This document shows, one piece after another, positions 27,826-36,710 of a stretch of DNA of 64,000 nucleotides. Location: positions 3,456-67,455 of IMG/VR virus record IMGVR_UViG_3300037141_000314; one strand, written 5' to 3'. Position 1 is the first letter of the stretch; each line of letters starts with the position of its first letter. The translations under genes were made by a program, and so were the position numbers. A model generated the notes under the pieces. It had not been told where the DNA came from. It did no database searches and saw nothing but the letters and a program-made list of their open reading frames with translations. Source of the DNA: a virus.

Positions 27826-29043
27826 TTATTCCGCCGCCACCAAATACCAGCTGGTCACCGTTACCGATCCGTCTCCAGACTGCACAGTGAGATTGGCAGC
27901 AAGCGTTGTGTCTCCAGTGGCCGCACTTGTGATGTCAAGCTGTAGAGTTCCGTCTCCAGTTCCGGTGCTGACCGATGTAGCACACGTCTGAGGACTGGCA
28001 TAGCTGTCGCCACCCGAGGCAGCAACGGTCTGGACAACTCCCGCAAGAGAGGTTAATACTACGTATGAGGCATTGCCATGTCCGCAGCCGTTTATTACCC
28101 CAGTGTCGCCATTGGAATAGCCGGTTCCTGGAAATCCAACGTTCGGAACTGCCGCCAGAACGTTTCCTAAGACATTGAGGGCTTGTGAACCGGGAGTGTT
28201 GCCCAAGCCAGGGGTGGTTATTGTCAATCCGGTCACGCCACCGCCGCCTGAAACAGACGAGACGGTAAGCAATGCTGTTCCGTCCGCACCTACCTCTTCG
28301 CCGACCGCATATCCTGACCCCGGCGTTGTGATGGACACGACTGAAGCAACCGGGCCAGCATTGAGGGTTTCTCCGGAGTAGAGTTGGGCCACCACCGGGA
28401 TATTTGCATAAGCGGATGGAATTACGCCGCCGACGTTCGAGTAAGCGGCGCTCAGCCCCGAATAATAGAAAGCGGCATCCGTGTGGGGTGTCGCCGGCAG
28501 TCCAAATCCAAGCGCAAAAATAGCATTGAACGACGCGATAGTTCCGAACGCATTGGACCTATTACCCCACCATAAGGCCGGTCCTCCGTAGGTGGTATTG
28601 GTCTCGAGATACGGATAAGCCGCCCACGTATGTTTCCAGCGAACTGCCAGCGGAAAAATCACCGTGCCGGCGCCTTGCGCAGGAATCAGCACAAATGGCG
28701 TGGAATCGAGCGCAAGGATATCAGATTGTGCAAGGGTAACCGTAGCGCAGTGAAGACCGCTGGGGAGTGATCCAATAGATTGTGAGCATGGATCGGCTCC
28801 ACCGCCTCCATCCGAAACCCAGTTATTCGTCGCGCCGCACACATACGTATTCGCGCCCGCCGTTCCGGGCGAGTAAATCATCATCTCGCCGTACACGCAC
28901 GCGCCCGGAAAGTACGTGCGAACCGGATACGGCAGCACGCGCGCCGCCGTCGAATTATCGACGGTTTGCTGCGCAAACAGCGCGGCGGCGGCGAAAAGCG
29001 CGAGCGCGGCGAGCGCTGCGAAACGGCGGAGTGAGGTTTTCAT
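27826..29043 (-). CDS. fibre/decoration-like protein with Sec signal peptide
   Basis: MKTSLRRFAALAALALFAAAALFA|Q; I.TPG.GY..G repeats typical of virion proteins. Confidence 0.65.
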   Translation of the reverse strand: MKTSLRRFAALAALALFAAAALFAQQTVDNSTAARVLPYPVRTYFPGACVYGEMMIYSPGTAGANTYVCGATNNWVSDGGGGADPCSQSIGSLPSGLHCATVTLAQSDILALDSTPFVLIPAQGAGTVIFPLAVRWKHTWAAYPYLETNTTYGGPALWWGNRSNAFGTIASFNAIFALGFGLPATPHTDAAFYYSGLSAAYSNVGGVIPSAYANIPVVAQLYSGETLNAGPVASVVSITTPGSGYAVGEEVGADGTALLTVSSVSGGGGVTGLTITTPGLGNTPGSQALNVLGNVLAAVPNVGFPGTGYSNGDTGVINGCGHGNASYVVLTSLAGVVQTVAASGGDSYASPQTCATSVSTGTGDGTLQLDITSAATGDTTLAANLTVQSGDGSVTVTSWYLVAAE

Positions 29044-29107
29044 TATTGTCCTGTCTTTAAGGCGCGTGTCGTTTCCATTTGCGGATCGGAGTCGTGGCGG
29101 CCTGATG

Positions 29108-31957
29108 TTAGTGCGCCCATGGAATACCCCAGGTAACCGCGTCCGAAGCGGTGAAGTTAGCGGCCAGGCCAGTTGTCCGGCTGTATCCGGTAAGCGCAAG
29201 GCCGGTCGTGCTGAGAACTGTCGACATCACAGCAGGGCCGGTACATGTCGCCGTCCCGTTCGACACGGTAGCGCCCGTTGGTGCTGTGACAAAGGAGTTC
29301 CCCGCCGCCGTGATGACGATGGCTGCCCCGCCAGCGATGGCGTTGGTTCCGGTTAGTGCTACCGTGGCAGTCGCGCTGCTTCCGCCACCTCCCGTAATCG
29401 TGAGCGTGCAGGTTTGCGTAGCCGTTCCCGTCGCCGTGATTCCGCTGGTATAGGTGCCTGAACCGACGCCGGCATACGGGGCGGTCGTACAGACAGCCAC
29501 AATGGTCGCCGCGTTGGTCTGATCTGTGGCATCACAGTTGAACATGCCATAAGGAAACGCTGTTCCGAATGTCAGAACAACTGAGCCGGTACCTACAGAA
29601 GTTCCCACCAGCACTGTGCCAGATTGATCCGCGCCCGCAATTGCCGATGCCGTTCCGCCGCCGCCCGCGGCAATCGTTGGCGCGGTGCCCGATGCGACAG
29701 AATGACGCAGTTTTAGGTCGCGGTAGTTGGCGAGCGTGGTACCTTGCGTGGATTGAGTGATTCCGAGAACGCCAGCGGAGTCACGTTGCAGACCGGTATC
29801 GACAGCAGACCCCGAGCCGGTTCCAAACTGAAGCTGCATAGTTGACCCAAGCTGAAGGCCGTTGCCGAAATTGTATGCAAACATATTGTTGCCGCCCGCG
29901 ATGATCGTCAGGGCCGGTAGTTGGACCGTGAACTGGCCCAACTGTATGTATGAGGTGCCGTTTATTTTCAGGTCGATCAGGTACCCACTAAAGCCACTGC
30001 ACGCATTCACCCCCAGTCCTGTGCCCGACGTGTTCCAGCCGGTCGAAGTAGTTGTGCCTGAATTACACTCAATCAGCCCTTGCGGTTTGGTCGTCGTCGC
30101 GGAACCGCCAGAGTACCAGGTCCCGCCGAGGCGAAACGGCGGCGCGGATGCAGCCCCGTTCAACGTCGAGAGCAATTGTACCGGCGTCGTTAAACTCGTT
30201 CCCGGCACATCAGCGATGTCCGTCGATATCGACGGCACGCCCGACGGGCTCGTCGCGAGAAAGCCGCTGTTAGCCGTCGCGATACAGCCCGGCGTCGACG
30301 TCGCGGAGTTGAAAAAGATATCGTTCGCGGTCGTACAGGGAATGGCCAATGCCCCGAGATTGCTCCGTGCGGTCGCTGCCGATGCAACGTCGCTCAGGTT
30401 ATTGGCAGATTGAAGAAAGTATGAGCTGGCCTGGAGCGCCGCGCTACCTAAGCCCAGATTCGTTCGTGCTGTCGCGGCGCTCGCGAGGTCAGATAAATTG
30501 CTCGCCCTCTGCAGACTTGCCGCAATGGCAGCCGCCTGCGCTGCTGCTGCCGCACCCGCCGTATCGCTCGCTGCAATAGCCGCAGCTTGGGCAGCCGAGG
30601 CCGCTCCCGCCGCATCGAATGCGCTGGTGGCCTGAGTGGCCGCAGTGCCGAGACCAAGATTCGTTCGTGCTGTCGCGGCGCTGGCGAGGTCGGACAAGTT
30701 ACTGGCCCTCTGCAGGCTTGCCGCAATGGCAGCCGCCTGCGCTGCTGCTGCCGCACCCGCCGTATCGCTCGCTGCAATAGCCGCAGCCTGTGCAGCCGAG
30801 GCCGCTCCCGCCGCATCGAATGCGCTGGTGGCCTGAGTGGCCGCAGTGCCAAGGCCCAGATTCGTTCGTGCTGTGGCTGCGCTGGCGAGATCGCTGAGGT
30901 TGTTAGCAGACTGGAGAAAGTATGAGCTGGCTTGAAGCGCCGCACTGCCCAGGCCCAGATTCGTTCGCGAGGTGGATGCGCTCGAAACATCGCTCAGATT
31001 GTTGGACGCCAGCAGAAACGTGGGTACGCCTGTCAGTTTCGACCAGGCAAGGCTTGTGATCCATGACGGGTTAGCGTACGATCCGGTTTGGTCCGCGCAA
31101 TTCGTCACAGCCGCGCAATTCAGCGTCTGCCACGATTTATCGCCTCGCCAGTATTGGCTTGTCGTTCCCGCTGTGATGGCGGGTTCGTAGGACGGAACGC
31201 CAGTCAGCTTAGACCACGCCAGCGACGCGAGCCATGAAGGATTGGCATACGTGCCGCCGCTCTGCAGCACGTTGGCCGGCACGATACCCGAGTCGGCGCC
31301 GTTGCCCGCGCCGTCCCCTTCGATTAGATCGGTGGTTGCAGGGATCGTTGCACCGCCGCCCGCGCCTGTTTTCGGCAGCCACGCTCCTGCGGATGCGCTC
31401 CATTCGGGCGTTTGACCATCGATCGCGCCGCTTTTCGAAATTTGTGCGAGCGCGATGATTGTGGCTGGCGTGACAGCAGTGTCACCCTCGACGTATTGCA
31501 CCGTGTACGGGCCGCCTCCCGGAACGGTCCACGTGCGCGTGTAGGTATCGGTACCCCCCATCGGGGCCGGGAGGCGGACTGTATACGTCGCGGTATACGT
31601 CGCGGGCGTTAAGCATGCAGAGAACGTGCCAGCCGACGTCGTAATGCGCGCAGCGCTCTGCGTCGGCCCGGTCGCGGGCGTATAAGCAAGAGTGATATCG
31701 ATAACACTGCCGTTCAGCAGGAGCATGGGAACAGCAGCGCCGATCTGGTAAACCGGGCCCGTGATCGTGGTACATGCAGGCTGCGCGAGCGCGCCCGCGC
31801 AAGCGACAAGCATGAAAGCAATGAGCGCGGCCGAGTTTCTCGCAATGGGCGCAAAGGTCGACGCAAAGGCACTCCCGCTATGGCTGCAGACTCGCCGGAG
31901 CCCTCTGGAGGGTTGGCTTTGCGGTAAACTTTGCGTCTTTGCGAGAAAGTTATGCAC
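29108..31957 (-). CDS. fibre protein with NNLSD..SAATARTNLGLG repeats and a signal-peptide-like segment
   Basis: Classic tail-fibre repeat, also Y.RGD.SWQ; hydrophobic ALIAFMLVACAGALA|Q near the N-terminus. Confidence 0.75.
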   Translation of the reverse strand: MHNFLAKTQSLPQSQPSRGLRRVCSHSGSAFASTFAPIARNSAALIAFMLVACAGALAQPACTTITGPVYQIGAAVPMLLLNGSVIDITLAYTPATGPTQSAARITTSAGTFSACLTPATYTATYTVRLPAPMGGTDTYTRTWTVPGGGPYTVQYVEGDTAVTPATIIALAQISKSGAIDGQTPEWSASAGAWLPKTGAGGGATIPATTDLIEGDGAGNGADSGIVPANVLQSGGTYANPSWLASLAWSKLTGVPSYEPAITAGTTSQYWRGDKSWQTLNCAAVTNCADQTGSYANPSWITSLAWSKLTGVPTFLLASNNLSDVSSASTSRTNLGLGSAALQASSYFLQSANNLSDLASAATARTNLGLGTAATQATSAFDAAGAASAAQAAAIAASDTAGAAAAAQAAAIAASLQRASNLSDLASAATARTNLGLGTAATQATSAFDAAGAASAAQAAAIAASDTAGAAAAAQAAAIAASLQRASNLSDLASAATARTNLGLGSAALQASSYFLQSANNLSDVASAATARSNLGALAIPCTTANDIFFNSATSTPGCIATANSGFLATSPSGVPSISTDIADVPGTSLTTPVQLLSTLNGAASAPPFRLGGTWYSGGSATTTKPQGLIECNSGTTTSTGWNTSGTGLGVNACSGFSGYLIDLKINGTSYIQLGQFTVQLPALTIIAGGNNMFAYNFGNGLQLGSTMQLQFGTGSGSAVDTGLQRDSAGVLGITQSTQGTTLANYRDLKLRHSVASGTAPTIAAGGGGTASAIAGADQSGTVLVGTSVGTGSVVLTFGTAFPYGMFNCDATDQTNAATIVAVCTTAPYAGVGSGTYTSGITATGTATQTCTLTITGGGGSSATATVALTGTNAIAGGAAIVITAAGNSFVTAPTGATVSNGTATCTGPAVMSTVLSTTGLALTGYSRTTGLAANFTASDAVTWGIPWAH
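30457..30880. repeat. 201-bp tandem repeat (67 aa) inside the fibre gene
   Basis: GATTCGTTCGTGCTGT recurs at 30457, 30658 and 30859. Confidence 0.9.
31836..31948. repeat. REP-like palindromic element, in frame in the fibre gene 5' end
   Basis: TTTCTCGCAA ... TTGCGAGAAA terminal inverted repeat. Confidence 0.7.
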
Positions 31958-32921
31958 GATTCAGCGTCCTCTGGAAAAACAGATTCCGATCCGCGAACTG
32001 CCCGCTTCCGAGCGCCGCGCCCGTTGTCGAAGGCGCGCCCGCGAACGTGTAAGTCTGCGTTGCGATGGCGATCGGCGAGACGTTTTGCAGCGTCAGCACG
32101 CCGCCGGTGACTGTGGCGTAAACGTTCCAGCCGCTTGCGTTCAGCGGAACGACCTGCCCATCCGCGATGCCGACCTGATCGGGCGCGCCGTTGGGCGGGT
32201 TCAGCCCGGCGATGGAAACCGACAGATAATGCGAGGCGGCGAGCGCATAAGTAACAACCGCGCTCGGCCCGCTTTCGCCGTTGCCCTTGACTAGCGGCGT
32301 GATGTACTGCGATTGATCCACGTACGCGATCGCGACATCGTAAGCCGCCGCGCCACCGGCGCCTCCGGAGACCCCCGTGACGTTCGCCGCGCCCCACGTG
32401 CCCGCGTTGACGGCGTGCAGAGCACCCGGGCATTCGAGCGGCCGGAATACGATAGGCAGCCCGTTGGCGCGCAACGTGCCCCACGCGGTCGCTGCGGCCG
32501 CCGTATAGCGGACGAACTTCTCATCGTAACGGTCTTTGATTTTGCGATTCGCCGCAGCGCGATAGAAATTGCGCAGCGCGAGATAAGAGAGCCACGTCTG
32601 GACAGACGAGACATCGTTGGCATAAGCCGAACTGACAACGATCTGCGACGGTTTAACGCGCGGGATCGAAGCGGCCGTGTAGCTCGCGCTCAGGACGGCC
32701 CACGAGCCGCCCCCGGCGAGAGAGGACGCGCCATACCAGGTGTTATAAAGCTGCTGCGCGCGCAGTAGCTCGTTTTTCGCTTCCGCCCACGCCTGCCGGA
32801 TGACGCCGCCCGCGCCGTCGACGGTAATCGATTCGGCGGTGGCGACCTTGGGCACCTCGCTATCGATCTGCGCGAGATCGGCGGACGAGGAAATAATATC
32901 GGAGTCGGAGAATAGAGCCAT
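31950..32921 (-). CDS. putative head-tail adaptor / virion protein
   Basis: Downstream of the capsid gene; helical N-terminal domain plus beta C-terminal domain with a GES.PS motif. Confidence 0.55.
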   Translation of the reverse strand: MALFSDSDIISSSADLAQIDSEVPKVATAESITVDGAGGVIRQAWAEAKNELLRAQQLYNTWYGASSLAGGGSWAVLSASYTAASIPRVKPSQIVVSSAYANDVSSVQTWLSYLALRNFYRAAANRKIKDRYDEKFVRYTAAAATAWGTLRANGLPIVFRPLECPGALHAVNAGTWGAANVTGVSGGAGGAAAYDVAIAYVDQSQYITPLVKGNGESGPSAVVTYALAASHYLSVSIAGLNPPNGAPDQVGIADGQVVPLNASGWNVYATVTGGVLTLQNVSPIAIATQTYTFAGAPSTTGAALGSGQFADRNLFFQRTLNRA

Positions 32922-32930
32922 GGTGAGTCA

Positions 32931-33167
32931 ATGCCGTTAAAGCAGGGCGATACCGTCACGTGCATCACGTGCGGAAGGTCCTATATCCTCCAACCGATGG
33001 ACGATTATTTCAACGCGACGAACAGCCAGGACGGGCAATGCGAAGCGTGCCTCGTTAAGTCTCTCGGATGCAGCGAAGTTATCGTGCTGAATCCGGGGAG
33101 AGGCGAGGAGTTGCAGCAAGCGTTCGAAAGATCGGCGAGCGCCCCGGCGGATAAGCCGAAGCGCTGA
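32931..33167 (+). CDS. small Zn-ribbon protein, antisense in the head module
   Basis: CITC...CEAC motifs. Confidence 0.55.
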   Translation: MPLKQGDTVTCITCGRSYILQPMDDYFNATNSQDGQCEACLVKSLGCSEVIVLNPGRGEELQQAFERSASAPADKPKR

Positions 33168-33182
33168 GCGCCGAATCGGGTC

Positions 33183-33554
33183 TTATTGCTCGAGCCACGC
33201 CTGCACGAGCGCCGTCGGAGATCCCGTGACCACCTGCGCATTGACGCGCAGCTTGGTATTGGTCGCGCCAAAACGGCAGGCCGGAATCTGATAGTCGCGA
33301 ACCGACTGCGTCGCACCCTCGGGTTCGGCAACGCCCGCGAAAGTCACGGACCAGGGCTGAAGCGCATCGGAGAACGCGGACGCGTTGGCCGTGTCTTCGA
33401 GCGCGATCTGGATGTTCTGCGCGCTGGTCAGCCCGCGAACGCGGATCTTAACCGTGTAGGCGCCCGTCAGCGCGGAGGTGTCGAGCGATCCGGTGATGGC
33501 GCCAGTGGTGGTTACGGACTGCTCGCCCGTTGAAATGGCACTGATCTTAGACAT
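33183..33554 (-). CDS. virion structural protein (beta-sandwich, decoration-like)
   Basis: Strong AAGGA RBS; Thr/Ser/Ala-rich beta composition. Confidence 0.6.
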   Translation of the reverse strand: MSKISAISTGEQSVTTTGAITGSLDTSALTGAYTVKIRVRGLTSAQNIQIALEDTANASAFSDALQPWSVTFAGVAEPEGATQSVRDYQIPACRFGATNTKLRVNAQVVTGSPTALVQAWLEQ

Positions 33555-33571
33555 GTGTTTTTTCCTTTTTC

Positions 33572-34285
33572 CTATGTGAGATGTTCCGCAATGCGGAAGT
33601 TGAAAATACGTTTGATGTGATTCAGAAATTCAGGAACTGAGAGATTATGCTTGGCTATATTGCAAACCTTACAGCAAGGAACCGAATTGATCTTCGTGTA
33701 ACCGAGCGAACTATCCAAACGGTCAATTCCGCTGTACTTTCCGCTTTCATATCTGCCGCCGTTGTGATAGTTGGACGGAGGCAGATCACAATAGATGCAG
33801 TTCGATTCAAAGAGCACGATGGCATCGTCGATGGTGAGCGAGAACTCCCGGGCATTCCGTTTCGCGCGGGACTTCGCGGCGACAAACGCTTTGGAATAAA
33901 AATGCGGATTCGGGCACGGCTTAGACGGCGGAGGCGGCGACTTGAAACAACCGCACGACCTGACAACGCGCCGGGCATCTACCAGGTCCTCATAGGATCT
34001 GGCGCATATCGTCCCACAGGTACATCTGCACTCGAACCACCGTTTACCGTGGCGCTTTCCTTCCGGGCGCTCAATACGACGGAGAACCGTCAGGCGAGAC
34101 AACGTTAGGCCAGTGATGTCTCCTCCCGGCGGAAGGGTTATTTTATTTGTCGAATAGCGCTCCCTCAAAAGCCGGTTTGAGCAGTCCTTGCATCTCCGGA
34201 GTACGCCAAGCCGTCCGTTCGGACTCTTATGAAAGCGATCCAGTGTTCTGTTCCGATTACAGTCAGAGCAACGCTTGCGTGGCAT
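33572..34285 (-). CDS. HNH-type homing endonuclease
   Basis: CxxC pairs, RLTV...W.CRCTCG, and CIYC...GIDRLDSSLGYT..N.VPCCKVCNIAK; lower GC than flanks. Confidence 0.85.
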   Translation of the reverse strand: MPRKRCSDCNRNRTLDRFHKSPNGRLGVLRRCKDCSNRLLRERYSTNKITLPPGGDITGLTLSRLTVLRRIERPEGKRHGKRWFECRCTCGTICARSYEDLVDARRVVRSCGCFKSPPPPSKPCPNPHFYSKAFVAAKSRAKRNAREFSLTIDDAIVLFESNCIYCDLPPSNYHNGGRYESGKYSGIDRLDSSLGYTKINSVPCCKVCNIAKHNLSVPEFLNHIKRIFNFRIAEHLT

Positions 34286-34319
34286 ATTAACCAGTATAGG
34301 TTATACTGGTTAATATGCC
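34281..34319. promoter_or_regulatory. perfect 18-bp inverted repeat holding two divergent leaderless promoters
   Basis: GGCATATTAACCAGTATA-GGT-TATACTGGTTAATATGCC; each arm reads TATACT-N7-ATG. Confidence 0.85.
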
Positions 34320-34473
34320 TAGCAAAAAGCAGTTACTTTCGTTCGTTATCGACGCCCCACTACTGGAACGTGTCGATGACTTCTGGCACAAATACAAATT
34401 TCAGAGCAGGGCCGAGGCGATTCGCTGGCTGATGGAAAATGCCCTCGACAAAAAGCTCGCTCCCGGCAAGTGA
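34315..34473 (+). CDS. ribbon-helix-helix (CopG/Arc-like) repressor, 52 aa (not in ORF track)
   Basis: MPSKKQLLSFVIDAPLLERVDDFWHKYKFQSRAEAIRWLMENALDKKLAPGK. Confidence 0.85.
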   Translation: MPSKKQLLSFVIDAPLLERVDDFWHKYKFQSRAEAIRWLMENALDKKLAPGK

Positions 34474-34482
34474 GGCAGCTAA

Positions 34483-34881
34483 CTACGCGCCGTCGGAGTG
34501 GTCTTTGGCTGCCTTAGCCGGCTTCGCCGGCTTCGCGTCCCGATCCGCCAGCGCCACCGCGAGCGCGCGCTGCAGCTGATCGTCGGAGACCGCCGTTTCG
34601 AGGCGCACGGTCTGTTTCTTTTCGAGTTCCGTTCTGTTGATGGCGTCGGTGCGCGCCTTCAGATCGGAGTGGTATGTCGCAATCTCCGTATCGGTCGCCA
34701 GACGCGCGTCGCCCTGCACAATCCACCGCGCGGCGTAACCGCGGGGCGCGGCGCTAATCTTGCCGGCAGTCGAGCCCGAGACCTCGTTTTCGCGAGAGAC
34801 GATATACACGGGTTCGGTCGGGTCGCCCGGGAATGATGCTTCCATTGCCTTGGCGCCGGTCCAGTACTTTTTTAGATCCAT
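34483..34881 (-). CDS. hypothetical protein downstream of the capsid gene
   Basis: 132-aa ORF in the late operon. Confidence 0.65.
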   Translation of the reverse strand: MDLKKYWTGAKAMEASFPGDPTEPVYIVSRENEVSGSTAGKISAAPRGYAARWIVQGDARLATDTEIATYHSDLKARTDAINRTELEKKQTVRLETAVSDDQLQRALAVALADRDAKPAKPAKAAKDHSDGA

Positions 34882-34950
34882 AAATGTGTTTGGGCCTCTT
34901 GGCTTTCGGCGGGCCGGATGCTTTCCAGCCCGCTCGAAGTGCCGGGTGAA

Positions 34951-35862
34951 CTAGGTGCTCTGGACGTCGACGGCGAAGTTCTGCCGCAACGGCGCGCAGC
35001 CGTACAGGCAATCGACAGTGAACTGCTGTGCCAGCGTGTTGGGCTGGTAGCTCATCGTGACGCGCATGCCGAAGTTGCCCATCTCGGCATACTCGGCGAT
35101 CGCGCCGGTACCGGGAAGCGGCATCGGGAGGCGGCGAACCACCAAACCGATCGCATCGCGGACGAAAGCGAGGTTGTGATAGAGCGTCGAAACTTTCGTG
35201 ATGTACTGGCTGCGGAAAATGTCAAAGCTCGTGCCGCGCAGGACCATGCCCTCGGCAATCGGGCTGGGCTGGCCGTTGATCACGTAGCCGGCCGTCTGCA
35301 GCTCGGTGTAACGCGGGATCTGGCGCAGCGCCGTATATGGGTTGTCGCCCACGATCAGGATCTTGCGCTGTCCGCCGGGGATCTTGGCGTTGAACAGAGC
35401 CTGTTCGGCGGCGTTCAGAACGGCTTCGGTGATGGCCGCGGATCCACCCACTGCGACGTTGGCCGTGTAGAGCGAATACATGGCGAGCAGATCGGTTTCG
35501 ATCTTTTCCGCGAGCGCGATCACTGCCGGCTGCATGAACACTTTCAGCAGATCCGGCGTGGCCAGAATCTTGGTGACGTCGGGAATCTGGAAAGTCGCTT
35601 CGCAGTGCGTGTTCAGCACGATCTGCGCGTTGCCGAGCGATGGGTTCTGTGTGGTGACGGTGCCGGCTTCCGCGATGTTATTCGCGGTGAGCTTCGGCGA
35701 GATCGGCACATTGACCGTATCGCCGGCGTTGGCGAGCGTGGGTTCGAAGTCGCGGTTGACCAGGTTGCCCATGAGAAGATTACCGACCAGCGCCGGGAGG
35801 GCGTCGGCGGCGACGAGTTTGACGATGGCTTGCGCCACATTTTGGGACGTAATTGCTGGCAT
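34951..35862 (-). CDS. major capsid protein (P22-coat-like, HK97 fold)
   Basis: LVNRDFE.....GDTVNVP ... LA..I..DL ... D.LYG motif; AGGAG RBS. Confidence 0.9.
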   Translation of the reverse strand: MPAITSQNVAQAIVKLVAADALPALVGNLLMGNLVNRDFEPTLANAGDTVNVPISPKLTANNIAEAGTVTTQNPSLGNAQIVLNTHCEATFQIPDVTKILATPDLLKVFMQPAVIALAEKIETDLLAMYSLYTANVAVGGSAAITEAVLNAAEQALFNAKIPGGQRKILIVGDNPYTALRQIPRYTELQTAGYVINGQPSPIAEGMVLRGTSFDIFRSQYITKVSTLYHNLAFVRDAIGLVVRRLPMPLPGTGAIAEYAEMGNFGMRVTMSYQPNTLAQQFTVDCLYGCAPLRQNFAVDVQST

Positions 35863-35962
35863 GTTGATTCAGGCTCCTTTTTGCCTTGTTGTGCTGCTGT
35901 GAGACACGCCTGGCTTAGGAGCCATTGGCAGTGTTGGGTTGACTTAAAATCGGGGAACTAAC

Positions 35963-36697
35963 TTAGAGGCCCTTGGCGGCCTCAGCGGCTGCTCTTCGCA
36001 CGCTTTCCCATGCGGCGTCGCGCACCTTCGGATCCATGCCGGTTTTGATATCTTCCATCTGGACCTGGCGGCCTCCCGCCATACCGTTCGGCCGCGCGCC
36101 GGACGAATCGACCTGCTTGGGCGCGAGGAGGTGAGTCTTCGTCGCCATGACGGTTTTGATGTAATCCTTCACCGGGACGAAATCGCCGCCGTAAAGCTCG
36201 CCGTCTTCGCCGCGCTTGACGTCCTCGCGCAATGCGCGGAATGCATCTTCGCGGGCATTTGCCGTGTTGCCGGTGCTGTCGGGCGCGAAGGCGAAATCGC
36301 CCAGCGCCGCGCGAATGGCGGAGTGGCGTTCTTTTTCTTCCGCCTGCGCGTTGGTCCTTTTGGTTGCCTCGCGCTCGGCGGTGCGCTCTTCTTCCATCAC
36401 TCTCATGCGCGTTTCCATCGCCTTGTTGGAACGCTCCAACCCGGCGAGCATCGGGTCGCGTGGCTTATTGGGATCAACGGGGGGATCGACGGGCGGATCG
36501 ACGGGCGGATCGACGACTTTCGTATGCTTCGCCATCTCCGCTTTGAACGCCTTCGTCGTGGCGGCGTTTGCCGCCGTGATGGCTTTCGTTACCTCGGCCA
36601 TCAGCGACGTTTGAAACGCGACAGCATCGAACGCGCCGCCGCCGGCGGCGGGATCGGCTTCTTCGAAAAGCGGGGACTGCAATCCAAAATGTTTCAT
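35963..36697 (-). CDS. capsid scaffolding protein
   Basis: Between portal and capsid; coiled coil, DPPV repeats, SSGA near the C-terminus. Confidence 0.75.
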   Translation of the reverse strand: MKHFGLQSPLFEEADPAAGGGAFDAVAFQTSLMAEVTKAITAANAATTKAFKAEMAKHTKVVDPPVDPPVDPPVDPNKPRDPMLAGLERSNKAMETRMRVMEEERTAEREATKRTNAQAEEKERHSAIRAALGDFAFAPDSTGNTANAREDAFRALREDVKRGEDGELYGGDFVPVKDYIKTVMATKTHLLAPKQVDSSGARPNGMAGGRQVQMEDIKTGMDPKVRDAAWESVRRAAAEAAKGL

Positions 36698-36710
36698 TTT
36701 TCCTTTTGTC

